The notes under the pieces are model-generated. The model worked only from the letters and a program-made list of their open reading frames with translations. It was not told the origin of the DNA and searched no databases. Source: Pirellulales bacterium (lineage in GTDB: Bacteria > Planctomycetota > Planctomycetia > Pirellulales > PNKZ01). From it: a stretch of DNA of 64,000 nucleotides. Location of the stretch: assembly GCA_049840675.1 (NCBI GenBank), contig JASGKB010000013.1:27288-91287 (forward strand), in the 5' to 3' direction. Shown here piece after piece: positions 10,682-21,274 of this stretch (its first letter is position 1; every line of letters begins with the position of its first letter). The translations under genes and the position numbers were made by a program.

Positions 10682-10720
10682 AACGGCGTGACGCTAACGC
10701 CGCTCTCGGCGGGAGCAGCG

Positions 10721-11447
10721 TTACTCTTTTGCCGCCCAGATCTTCACGTCGTCAAACAGCACGCCCGGGCCGTTGACGGTGAAGTGAAAGCTCGATTTGG
10801 TTTCGTGCGCGATGCCGGGGCTTTGCAGATAGCCGACCGGCTTGCCGTCGATGCTCAGTCGCAGGCGATCGCCTTTGATTTCGATTTCGACGTCGTGCCA
10901 CGCCGCCGGATCGGGCGCGAGCTTCACCGTGACGCCGCGATCTTTCACCAGTTCCTGAGCTTCCGCGCGGCGGGCCGGATCTTTGCGCATCGCTTCGATG
11001 TCGTTGCGCATGGCCCCTTCCTTGTCGTCGGCGATGCGGATTTGCTTCGGCGTGAAGGAGACGCGGCAGATGTGGCCGGCGTGCGAACCTTTGTGCTTCT
11101 GGTCGTCGAACACGGCGTTGAATCCGGTCGACCCGGCGAGCTTGTAGCGGAACGCGACGACGACGTCGCGCATCGGATGATAAAACCGCCCGACGGCCCC
11201 GTGATCGGCCCGCGTCTGATAACCCTTCAGCACGCCGTTCTCCACGACGAACGTCCCGATCAGCGGCTTCCAAGAGCCGAGGTCGGAACGCTCGAAATTG
11301 TCGGCGAGAAGGACTTCGCCTTTTTGAGCGATCGGCTCCGCGGGGATTTCGGCGGCACGGTTAGATCGTGAAAATACGGCGATGAATGTAAGGCACGCAA
11401 CGATCTCGGCGGCCGTTAGTCAGCGCGCGACGGAGCTTATTCGACAT
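10721..11447 (-). CDS. DUF1080-type (3-keto-disaccharide hydrolase-like, concanavalin fold) exported protein; frameshift near 11415-11430
   Basis: ORF 10721..11245(-) extends upstream without a start as ..TAAEIVACLTFIAVFSRSNRAAEIPAEPIAQKGEVLLADNFERSDLGSWKPLIGTFVVENGVLKG. ATG 11447 (MSNKLRRAL..) is one frame away. The C-terminal WHDVEIEIKGDRLRLSIDGKPV..FDDVKIW is typical of the family. Confidence 0.65.
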
Positions 11448-12063
11448 GCCATTCCCCGCTTTTTCGTGAGACAAAAATGTCCTTGGTCTTCATGTGAATC
11501 ACAATTCTGTCGTTGCCTTCCCAGTTATAGCTTTGAGCAGTCAACGCGTTCTCGTTCCCGCGGCGGGTGATGAATCGAGGGTCAAAATCGTCGAAGCTTC
11601 CCGGAAGCAACACCCATTTGGTGGAGCTTTCAGCATCGCTTCCATAGGCGACTCGGATGATGATCGCCAGCGAGCTTCGCTCTTCCGACCATATAAGTTT
11701 GGCAATGAGATTCGAATCCGGTGATTTCCGGGAGTAAACCTCACCTTGACGCCAACCGTCGGCCGAGCGTTCGTACCGGAGCATGCCGACGTCCGAACTG
11801 TCGACATAGATAGCATCGTCGCCGTCCCAGCGCACCGTGCATCTTTGGATGCTCGATGCGATGGTCGTCACCCGAATCGTGTTTTGCGAAGCTGCTTCGG
11901 TAATCTCCAGCACAATCAAATTACGGTCGGAACCCAACCGCAACATTTCGCGACCGTTCGGTGACGGATATTGGGGCCCATTTTGCGAGCAACCGCCTAG
12001 ATACAATGCAGCCGAAATGGCGACGCATAGCCGGAGCGGCCAATATCGCGACCCTCGCCACAT
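11437..12063 (-). CDS. Small lipoprotein of unknown function, in a visibly low-GC segment
   Basis: C-terminal part of ORF 11437..12807(-). ATG 12063 shares its A with the PIG-L stop (TAATG). Lipobox [25 protein letters not shown]. Its stop at 11437 overlaps the next gene's ATG at 11447. Confidence 0.55.
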   Translation of the reverse strand: MWRGSRYWPLRLCVAISAALYLGGCSQNGPQYPSPNGREMLRLGSDRNLIVLEITEAASQNTIRVTTIASSIQRCTVRWDGDDAIYVDSSDVGMLRYERSADGWRQGEVYSRKSPDSNLIAKLIWSEERSSLAIIIRVAYGSDAESSTKWVLLPGSFDDFDPRFITRRGNENALTAQSYNWEGNDRIVIHMKTKDIFVSRKSGEWHVE

Positions 12064-12752
12064 TACAAAATCTCTCGCGGCTCGGCGTTCATCGCCTTCA
12101 GCGCTTCGCAGTATTTCACGCCGCAGGTTTTGCCGCGGTAGAGGGCGATCGCTTCTTTTGTGGCGACGGACGGGTCGGCGAATTTCGGATCGTACGGCTG
12201 GTTGCGGACCAAGGCCATGAGGCGGGCCAGCCATTCCGTCGCTCGGGGCCACTCGTCGCTCACGTCCACGAACGTGTCCGGCTCGAAGCCGATCGTGTGG
12301 CGCGGGCCGTTGTCGTAGAGATAGATCTTCCGCGGCGGGCGGTATTTCGGAGCGTCGGTGAGCACGGCCGCGTTGCGCAGGGCGACGCTCGAGAGCTGCG
12401 AGGCGACCACATGATCGTCGTGATGATCGTGACGCCAGAGCATCAGCGCGACGTCGGGCTGCAAGTCCGCGATGGCCGCGGCGACGGCTTGCTTCGCTTC
12501 GTCGTTGACGTCGAACCGGTGCGACTTGAAGTTGCACCAGCGGGTTTCGACGCCGAACAGTCGGCAGATTTCCGTCGTCCCTTGTACCAGCTCTTCGTGC
12601 CGACCTTTGACCGGAGCCCAGTTGGAATAGTCGCCGATGAGCGAAAGAATCACGACCCGATAGTGCTTCGCGACGGCCTGCAGCATAATGCCCGGCACGC
12701 CGAAGACGCAGTCGTCGTAATGGGCGCCGATCGCGAGCAACGTCTTGGTCAT
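12063..12752 (-). CDS. PIG-L / LmbE family N-acetylglucosaminyl deacetylase
   Basis: Intact 229-aa ORF. It has the [12 protein letters not shown] (AHxDD) motif and HDHHDDH, with length and layout typical of the family. Confidence 0.8.
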   Translation of the reverse strand: MTKTLLAIGAHYDDCVFGVPGIMLQAVAKHYRVVILSLIGDYSNWAPVKGRHEELVQGTTEICRLFGVETRWCNFKSHRFDVNDEAKQAVAAAIADLQPDVALMLWRHDHHDDHVVASQLSSVALRNAAVLTDAPKYRPPRKIYLYDNGPRHTIGFEPDTFVDVSDEWPRATEWLARLMALVRNQPYDPKFADPSVATKEAIALYRGKTCGVKYCEALKAMNAEPREIL

Positions 12753-14767
12753 GGCGCGGTACCGGTCGAATTCGTCGGAGGCGGTGTGCCAGTGCCGGCT
12801 CGTCCACCAGTGCCTACTGCGACCGGCTTCGTAGAAGCACTGGTGGGCGAGCCGGCAGTGGCACCCTGATTCGTACTTGAGGCGGGCGTTTGTGCGGCGA
12901 CGGCTTCGGCGAGCAGTTGCGTCAAACGCTGATGGCCGAGCTGATGTTGGCGGACGACCAGCGCGGACGACGGAGCGTCAAATACGATCACGCCGAGGCC
13001 TCCTGATTCGAGCCAGCCGGCTTCGGCCGTTTGCTGCTTGAGCCGAGCGACGAGCGCTTCGGGCCGAGCGCCGTCTGCCAAGAGCGGGCGCGCGTCGTAA
13101 AACTCCACGTAGCCGCGGCGGCGGAGCGCGTTGCGCGTTGTGATTTCGACGGTCGACGGATCGACGATTCGCCACGCCCAGCCGCGCGGATCGCAGAGCG
13201 CCGTGAGCACTTGCGCGAGCGGGTGCTTGTCGGCGGCGACGCCGACGAGCATGTCGGGCGTCGCTCCTTCGGCGGCCAAGGCGGCGACGTCGAGCGTCAC
13301 CACCGCGCCGGTCGTTGCTTCGAGCCGGGCCGCCACGGCGCGGAGCGGCGCGGGAGGGCGGAAGTTCATCGTCACCGGCGCGTCGAGCATCGTGCGGGCC
13401 GCGACGAATCGGGTTTGCAGCGAAACGCCGGCGGCGAGCGGAGTCTTCCCGCGGGCCTGCGCGAAGCCGATCGAGCAAGGTTGCGATTTCGCGTTGCGCC
13501 GAAGGCGTTTGCGAGACGGTCAGCGTGTCGGCCGCGGCTTGCAGCGTGCCCGGGCCTCCGGCGGATTGCCAGGTTTGCGGAGCAACGAGCAATTGCACGA
13601 GCGTCGCGAGCGCTGCGGTCTGAGCCGCATCGCCGGACGTAAGATCGCCGACGGCATAGGTGGCGCTCGTCGGTTGTTCGACTTCGACGCCGGCACGAAT
13701 GACGAGCGCACCCGCCTTGAGCCGACCAGCGGAGCTTCTTGGGCGCGAGGAGCTCTTCGACGAGCGTCCGAAGCGAATCGCCGTCGGCGGCGGCGAGGTC
13801 GATCTTTTCCGCGAGGCCGACTTCCGGCGGAGCGAGCGCGTCCCAATCGACGTCGAGCGCAAGCCCGGCGAGTTGGGCGACGATCTCCAGCGCCGACTTG
13901 CGCGAGACGCCGGTGAAGCGTAGCCCGCCGGCGGGATGATCGAGCCGAGAGGACGTATCGATGACCGCGGCGATTTCCGGCGGCGGTGCGATGACGGCGG
14001 GGGCGGGACTCGCGGCCGTTGCGGTCGGCGTCGCCGTCGGCAACTTGGGAGGTTGCGGAACCGGCGGCAAGGTGACGGTGGAACTCGCCATCGCGACGGC
14101 GATGCCCGGCGGAGATGCGCTCGGCGACGGCGGCGTGCCGCTCGGCGCGGCATCGGCCAAGGCGAGGATCGGCGAACGTGTGGCCGAAGGAGACGCCGAC
14201 GTTGCGGCTACGGCGGGCTTAGTCGCCGCGGTCGTCGGCGTCGGCGTCGATTGGACGGTCGTCGACGAAGTGCGAGAGGGCGAGCCGGATGCGGTGTTTG
14301 GCGACGGCGAAGCGGTCGGCGTCGTTGCTGAGGCGGCTTGCTCCGGCGGCGGATCGTCGTCGCCCGAACTCGACCAGAAGCCGAACGCGGCGACGGCGGC
14401 CGTTACGACGGCGGCGAGGATGTAGATGACGCGGCGAGCCCGTTGTTCGTGCGGCAAGACGAGCGACGGCGGCGCGAGATCGTCGGCCACCGGTTGGGCC
14501 GTGTAGACGGGCGGTTCGCCATTGCCGGCGGCCGGCGCTTGCGGCGCGGCTGGGCGCTTTCGCGCCGCGCTTGGCGGAAGGCGCCGCGGGTTTGTCGGCG
14601 GCGGCTTCGGCGGCTTGCCCCTCGGGGGGCGGCTTCCAACCGGGCGGAGGTTCGATCTGCACCATGCCGTTGCAGCGCGGGCAGGCGAGAATCTGCCCGA
14701 TGGCCGACACGTGCCGCACCTTGATGCGAGCGTGGCACGTGATGCAAGCGACGGAGAACAGTTCCAC
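12749..14767 (-). CDS. Zinc-ribbon / single-TM / Pro-Thr-Ala-rich linker / repeated-domain envelope protein (about 670 aa); at least 3 frameshifts
   Basis: N-terminal zinc ribbon [17 protein letters not shown] (ORF 14219..14767), then TM helix [19 protein letters not shown] (ORF 13372..14490). Domains [20 protein letters not shown].., ..[32 protein letters not shown] (frame of ORF 12978..14153) and ..[31 protein letters not shown] (ORF 12749..13390) follow. Frame switches near 14530, 13725 and 13460. Confidence 0.55.
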
Positions 14768-14879
14768 GATGCGTTCGCCCTGGCTGCGTTGGCGCGGCGA
14801 AGCGCCTCGCGAGCGAGGCGGCTAAACGGTGATCTTGAGCGCCGCCGGACGAGCCGACGGCCGACCCTAAAAGACTAGC

Positions 14880-17800
14880 TTACTTCTTTTTCGGATCGGC
14901 CGCTTGCTGGAATTCAGGCAGCAGCGGCACTTTACGGGCCTCGACGCCGGCCCGAGTGCCGATGAGCAGCGCGTCTTCGTTCTTGTCCGTTTTGCCGGCG
15001 TAATAAACCAACCGGCCGCCGATATCGGCCTTCTTCAGAATCACCTGCAAGATTTTGTCGATGGATTGCTCGGCTTCGTCCAAGCCCATCGATTGGTTCT
15101 TGGTGATGCCGGATGTTAAGAAGTCGCCGTCGACCATTTCGATTTTGACGTCGGCTTCGTCGGCCACGAGCGCCAAGATGTTGATGAGGTCCATCTTATC
15201 GAAGGCGAGCTTCATCTTCTTGGAGCGTAGCTTGTCTAAGACGCCAAGCTCCACCGGAGCGGCGGGTTGCGCCGTCCCACCCGGCGTAATTGGTCCGGCG
15301 ATCATGCCGCCGGCGCTCGACTCGATGAGGCAGAGATGCGCGCCGAGGATGATGTTGTGCGCGGCGACGGCCGGCATATACCCGCGGACGACGAATTGCC
15401 GATCTGCGGCGCCGACGCGTACGAAATCGTCGGCGAACGTGACCATGTCGGGAAACTTGCGGAGGAACTTTGAACTGTATGGCGAATGCGTGAAGCTGAA
15501 CGCATAGTTTTCCACGCGTTGCGGAATCTCTTTCACGCTGCGCTTGCAGCGGCTCGGCCAAGGCTTCGACGAAGGCATTCACGCCGCTGTTGTGCATCCG
15601 GAGTTCGTAAAAGAACGAGTCGCCAAGATGTGCGCTGGCCAACGCGGCCCTCGGCTTCTCGGCGGCGGTGCCGGTCGGCGGCGCAGGCGGTTCGCCGGCG
15701 TTGTCGGCCGTCGGCATAGGGGGCAAGCCCGCGCCGGTGTAGAGCCAGTCGACGGCCGGCAGCAGTTTTGCGCCCATGCCGGTGACAAGGCTGCGTCCGC
15801 CCGATTCCAAAAATTGCGGCATATACAGCAGCGTGAAGTGCCGATCGGCGTCCGTGGTTTGCAGCGCGAGATAGTCGAGCTCAGGCATCAGCGGCGGCTG
15901 CTGTCCTTGCAGCTTCAGTAAGTCCGGCAGCACATCCTTCGGAACGATGACGAGCGTCTTGCCGCCGTCGGACGTCGGGAGGAAGTAGGCGTCGGTTCCC
16001 TTGGCGTAGAACTCCAAGTTGCCTGACTTTTCTTTCGGAGGCGAACCCCAGGCGGCGACCAAGTCGGCCTCGGGCACCGTTTCCTTCATCCTCACGACGT
16101 AGGCCTTTTTCACCGTATCGTGCTCGCCCCGTCAAGTATGCCGACGAGAAGCTGATCGACTTTGTCGTTCGGGACGCCGGTCGTCGCCGGTACGGTCGTC
16201 TTAAGCCAAGTGCCGAAGGAGCCCGCGACCTTCTCGTCGAGCAGGTGTTCTCCCTCAGGATGCTTAACGATGTCGGCCAAGCGGATCGCCGCGACAAGTT
16301 GCACGCCGCGCGGCAAGTGCGCCAGGTTCAGCGGCTTTCCGGCCGTGGGAGAATCGAACATCGGATCAGTGCCGACGGCGCCGATCTGATCGCGCTTCGG
16401 AAACTGCGGCGCGACGACGGCCGGCGCCGTAGCCGAAGGCTTCGGAGTTGCCGTAGGAACCGGAGAAGGCGCGACCGGCTTCTTCTCCGGCACGACGGCC
16501 GTTTCCTTTGGTCCGACGAGCGCCATGAGTTGGTCGCGGAACAAGAATCCGGCGCTGCCGACGATTGTCAGTACGACGACCAAGCCGATGAGATTGCGTA
16601 ATTGAGCTTGCTTGCGCCGCCGAATACGCTCGGCCATCATGCTGGACGAACCGCCCGCCGCCCCGACGTTCGGCCCCGCCTGCATCGGGCCGCCTTGCAT
16701 AGGACCGGGGCCCTGCATGGGGCCGGCTTGCATTGGTCCCGGGCGTTGCGCAGGTCCGCCGAAGTTCGGCCCGGCCGCTTGCGGGCCCATGCCGGCCATC
16801 GGGCCGGCCTGCTGCATTGGGTTTGGTTGCGGCCCAAAGCCCGGCTGCGGCGCATATCCTTGCGGCCCGCCGAAGCCCGGCTGCATCATTTGCGGCCCGG
16901 GCTGTTGGTGCATCGGGCCGGGTTGCATCATTGGGCCCGGTGCGGCCTGTTGCGGCATCGGCATGCCGCCGGTTTGCTGCATAAGGTTCATTAGCCACGC
17001 GTCGTACGCTGCGGAGGCCCGGGTCGGTGCGGCCGGCTGCGATTGGGCTTCGGCCTGCGACATGAACGGCAGCAACTTCTCAATGATGCTCGACATTTGC
17101 TGGTAGCGCATGTCGGGCTTCTTCTGCATCATGTACGAGACGAGCTTGGCCAGCTCGCTCGGCACTTTCGGGTTGAGCTTCTCGATCGGCGCCGGGGTGG
17201 CCTTCATGTGCGCTTCGAGCTTGCCGCGCAAATCGTCGACCGGGAAAGGCGCCTTATTCGTGAGCATCTGATACAGCGAGCAGCCGAGTTGATAGATGTC
17301 GCTGCGAGCGTCCGGCTGTCCGCCGACGATCAATTCCGTGCAATGTAATCGGCCTCGATCGGGAGCTTTTCGGGGGGCGCGGCCAGCAGCTTTCGCCACT
17401 CGATCGGCGGCGCGAGCGGATCACGCGACAGCGGGAACTGCAGCATCTTCACCGTGCCCGCCGCGTCGACCCAAATGTTTTGCGGGCGTACGTCGCCGTG
17501 GGCGATCTGCATGCCGTGTAATCGCGCGAGGCCCAGCGCCGCCTGACGCGTGACTTTGCAGGCTTCGCCCGGCTTCATTACTCCTTGCTGCTGCAGAATG
17601 CGCTCGATGCGCTTGCCGAGCAGATCTTCGAGCACGAAGAATTTGAACGCGCCGAGGTCGACCAAATGGTAGCAGCGCAACAAGTGCGGAAACCCGGCGC
17701 TGCTGCGCGAGACGACGACGGCCCGCTGCGCCAGAAACGCCACGGTCTCAGGGCTCGCGGCCTGCTCGCCCGTGAGAAATTGCAGGCAGACGCGGTGCAT

Positions 17801-18088
17801 GGTCGGCAGGTGCAGCGCACGGAAAATTCCGGCCAGCCGGCCAGACTCGATTCGCTCATAGATTCGGTAGTCGCCGTAGACGAACGGTCCGGCGCGCCCG
17901 GCAAGCAAGATCGACGCCTGATATTTGCTGACGACGTTTGCGCCGACTAAGTATTCGGCCAAGGCCTGCGCGTCGCCCCCTTGCGGCTGTTGCTGCAGCC
18001 ACGCGGCGTGGTGAACGTGACATTCCTCCAGCGTCAGCAGTTGCGCCTCGACAACCAGACGCCAAAACGACTCGACAGGAAACGACAT
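14880..18088 (-). CDS. Membrane-anchored Ser/Thr-kinase-like protein (predicted pseudokinase) with Q/P/G/M-rich region and large C-terminal domain; 3 frameshifts
   Basis: Joins ORFs 17330..18088, 16110..17399, 15196..16113 and 14880..15578. Kinase C-lobe motifs are present: HGDVRPQNIWVD, YIA(P)ELIVGGQPDARSDIYQLGCSLYQML. The VAIK Lys position reads CLQ and DFG reads QFP. TM helix LIGLVVVLTIVGSAGFLF. Frame switches near 17337, 16127-16130 and 15548. Confidence 0.7.
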
Positions 18089-18704
18089 GGCTCTTTTGCG
18101 GCGGGGTCTAGCCGACCGCTCCTCAACGGCGTGAAACGCAGGCGTGGTTGCGCGACCTAACTCCTCTGCGGGGGAGCTGAGGCTAGCTCTCGTTCCGCAG
18201 GTCGCATGAGCGTACTCAAACCTTTAGCATACCTTCAGTTGCGACCGCCGGCCGGCCGCGCTAACGAAATTGAACGGCTCCGCCGGTCTGGGGAATCACC
18301 CTAGCTCGGCAGCCGTGCGACCTCAGTACCCAGGAACGTATTCGCGTCAGACCGGTCGAATATTCCGACGCTCCGGCCGTAAGTTCCGTTCCCAACGAAG
18401 TTTTCACCTTCTGACGGACATAAAGTTGCGCGGGGGATGCCGTTGCCGCCGCGCGGCGAGCGCCTCCTATTATTGCCGCAGCCGCACGCTCCCCGCCGGG
18501 GGTGTCGGCGGCCCTTCGGCATGTTGCAAAGCGCAGGCGGTCACGCTTGGCAACAGAGCCGAACGTCCGGCGAATTCCGTGGCGAGCCGTCGAGCGTACG
18601 CCGACGTAACCACGGTTTTTGCGCAGGCCGGACATTCGACGAACCGAAGAGAACGCATTGCTCACGTCCCCACGCACGCCCGCAGCTTCAAGGAACGTAT
18701 CACG

Positions 18705-19940
18705 ATGAACGCCCTGGAATCGATGAAGTTGTATTTCAATCGAGCCGCCGATCGCCTCGGACTCGATGACTCCTATCGCAAGCTTTTGCTCACGTCCAAA
18801 CGTGAAGTGCAGGTGCAGGTGCCGATCGTGCGCGACAACGGCGAACTCCAAACGTTCGTCGGCTACCGCGTACAGCACGACAACTCGCGCGGCCCGATGA
18901 AGGGAGGTTTCCGTTATCACCCGGAGGTCGACCTCGACGAAGTTCGCGCGTTGGCGGCGCTCATGACTTGGAAGACGGCCGTCGTCGATATTCCCTACGG
19001 CGGTGCGAAGGGTGGCTTGGCGATCGATCCGAAGACGTTCAGCCCTCGCGAGTTGGAAACGATCACCCGGAAATTCATCGACGGCATTCATGACATCTTC
19101 GGTCCCGACATCGACATTCCCGCGCCCGACATGGGAACCAACGACAAGGTCATGGCGTGGATCATGAATCAGTACGGCAAGTACCACGGCTATTCGCCGG
19201 CGTGCGTTACCGGGAAGCCGGTCGATATGCATGGGCTCGCCGGTCGCGAAGAAGCGACGGGGCGCGGCGTGGCGATCATCGCGCTGAAGGTACTGAGCCG
19301 CATGAATCGCAAGCCGCAGCAAACGCGCGTGGCCATCCAAGGGTTCGGCAACGTCGGTACGTTCGTCGCGAAATTTCTGGCGGAGGCCGAATGCAAGATC
19401 GTGGCGATCAGCGACGTCAGCGGTGCGTATCACCGGGCGGAAGGGATCGACGTCTCCGCAGCACTGCGCTATGCGATGGAGCACCGTAATTCGCTCGAAG
19501 GTTTCACGGGCGGCTCAAAGATCACGAACGCCGAGCTGCTGAGCCTCGACTGTGAAATGCTGATTCCCGCCGCGCTCGGCGGCGTAATTACGAAGGCCAA
19601 TGCGGCGTCGATTCGTGCGCCGTTTGTCGTCGAAGCGGCCAACGCCCCGACGGAAGTCGACGCCGACGACATGCTCTATGAACGGGGCATCTTCGTGGTG
19701 CCGGATATTTTAGCAAACGCCGGCGGCGTGACGGCCAGCTACTTCGAATGGGTGCAGAACCGGCAACATTACTCCTGGGGCCTGAACCGCTGCCGCCAGG
19801 AACTGGACGCCATCATGGGGACGGCGTTCCAAAATGTTTGGGATGCCGGTAAGGAGCACAAAGTGAGCTTGCGCACGGCAGCCTATATGGTGGGCATCGG
19901 CCGCGTCCGCCGCGCATCGCAACTGGCGGGCATTGCGTGA
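18705..19940 (+). CDS. gdhA: Glutamate dehydrogenase (Glu/Leu/Phe/Val dehydrogenase family)
   Basis: ATG 18705 within ORF 18270..19940. Motifs: GPMKGGFRYHP, PYGGAKGG, IPAPDMGT, QGFGNVGT (Rossmann). Intact, 411 aa. Confidence 0.9.
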   Translation: MNALESMKLYFNRAADRLGLDDSYRKLLLTSKREVQVQVPIVRDNGELQTFVGYRVQHDNSRGPMKGGFRYHPEVDLDEVRALAALMTWKTAVVDIPYGGAKGGLAIDPKTFSPRELETITRKFIDGIHDIFGPDIDIPAPDMGTNDKVMAWIMNQYGKYHGYSPACVTGKPVDMHGLAGREEATGRGVAIIALKVLSRMNRKPQQTRVAIQGFGNVGTFVAKFLAEAECKIVAISDVSGAYHRAEGIDVSAALRYAMEHRNSLEGFTGGSKITNAELLSLDCEMLIPAALGGVITKANAASIRAPFVVEAANAPTEVDADDMLYERGIFVVPDILANAGGVTASYFEWVQNRQHYSWGLNRCRQELDAIMGTAFQNVWDAGKEHKVSLRTAAYMVGIGRVRRASQLAGIA

Positions 19941-20010
19941 ACGGCGTTTGGGCGCACTGACTCAGCCGGTGATTTGATGGATACTTTACCGGCGATGTCA
20001 GTTCAGACCC

Positions 20011-21123
20011 TTACGACTTCTTCTCCCCGCCCCAGCTCCATTTGCTGAAATCAAACGGCAGTGAGACCGGCACTCTGAGTTTGTCCTGCCGTTTGGCGAT
20101 CGACTTGTTGACCTTGTCGACGATCTTCGGTTCGTGCTTGTCGAGCTGATCGGCCAGCGGATCAGTGAGCATGTCGCCAAGCTCTTGGACCAGCGGGCCG
20201 GCGGCTTTGCTGATCCGTCGCAGGTCGAACTCGACGAGCTTCACGTCGACCGCCGTGACGCGCGGGGCCAATGTGAGATACTTCGTGCCGTCTTGCGTGA
20301 CGTAGTCGTACTGAAGTTCGCCCGCCAGTCGCATTTCGATGGTTGCGTCGGCCTCCGTGCTGAAGTTCAGCATCTTCACGCCGGTTCGCCACCGCTCGAC
20401 CCGGGCCGTCGCGACGAGCGGCGTATGCACGAGCACTTGAAACGCCACGATCCGGCCGTTCCCGCGAGCCTCGAGGATTTCAAATCGGAGATTTTTGTCC
20501 GGCTCGACCGGTACGACGATGAGCTGCTTCCACAAGCCGTGATTGACGGGCTTTGTGGTCTTTTCGAAGCGGAGTTTGAGCCCGTCGTTTTTGAGCTTGA
20601 GTTGCGAAAGTCGGTCGCGCGTCTCGCCCCAGTCGTCTTTCTTTTCGATCTGCTCCGGCAACGCTTCGATGAGAATACTCCGGGCCGTTTGCGAGAGCGT
20701 CGCCAACGCGGCCGGACTCATCACGGCTTCCGGTCGGGCGGCAAGTGCCGTAGTCGATGAAGGAGGAGACATGCCTGCGGCCGGCAAAGTTGTCGGAGGC
20801 GGCGGCAACGCGATCGTGGCTGGCGACGGAGAGACGGACGACACGGATGTCGCCGCCGGAATGCCGCTGGAGAACGTCCCGCTGGGGACGGCGATCGTAG
20901 CAGTCGTCGCCGGCGACACGTTGGGCGCGCCGAAAACGGGACCGTTGGTCACGGCGGGTGTCGGTGTGATCGGCAGCGACGTGATCGGTACGCCGATATC
21001 AACGACCGTACTCAGCGGCGGCACGGCGACGATTGTTTGCGCCGCAGCCGACGACACGCCGCACGTCGTCAACAGTCCGGCCGCCGAGACTCGCGAGACG
21101 AAGGTGCGCAGCCGCTCAGGCAC
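20011..21123 (-). CDS. Secreted hypothetical protein with Pro/Thr/Ser-rich N-terminal half
   Basis: Intact 370-aa ORF with signal-like RVSAAGLLTTCGVSSAAAQ and a structured C-terminal half. No family recognised. Confidence 0.5.
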   Translation of the reverse strand: MPERLRTFVSRVSAAGLLTTCGVSSAAAQTIVAVPPLSTVVDIGVPITSLPITPTPAVTNGPVFGAPNVSPATTATIAVPSGTFSSGIPAATSVSSVSPSPATIALPPPPTTLPAAGMSPPSSTTALAARPEAVMSPAALATLSQTARSILIEALPEQIEKKDDWGETRDRLSQLKLKNDGLKLRFEKTTKPVNHGLWKQLIVVPVEPDKNLRFEILEARGNGRIVAFQVLVHTPLVATARVERWRTGVKMLNFSTEADATIEMRLAGELQYDYVTQDGTKYLTLAPRVTAVDVKLVEFDLRRISKAAGPLVQELGDMLTDPLADQLDKHEPKIVDKVNKSIAKRQDKLRVPVSLPFDFSKWSWGGEKKS

Positions 21124-21274
21124 GTGACGTTCCTAAGTGTGGAGGTGATACAGCCGACGTAATGCCGGCTGGTTTGGTTCGACCCCTTCGAAAGATTTAT
21201 CGTCGCCGGCACCCGGCGACCGCGAGTTTGTTAAGATTTACCGATTGATCCCGTCGTATTGCGGAGACTTCGCC

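Noticed and set aside
18384-18426. Fragments resembling the glutamine-riboswitch core (cgttcc .. gacggacataaag) upstream of gdh, with aaggaacg just before the start codon
   Set aside because: Only partial matches to the conserved GGACGGAAGUAGG / GAAGGAACG elements as I recall them. The pieces are about 280 nt apart and no consistent pseudoknot pairing is visible.
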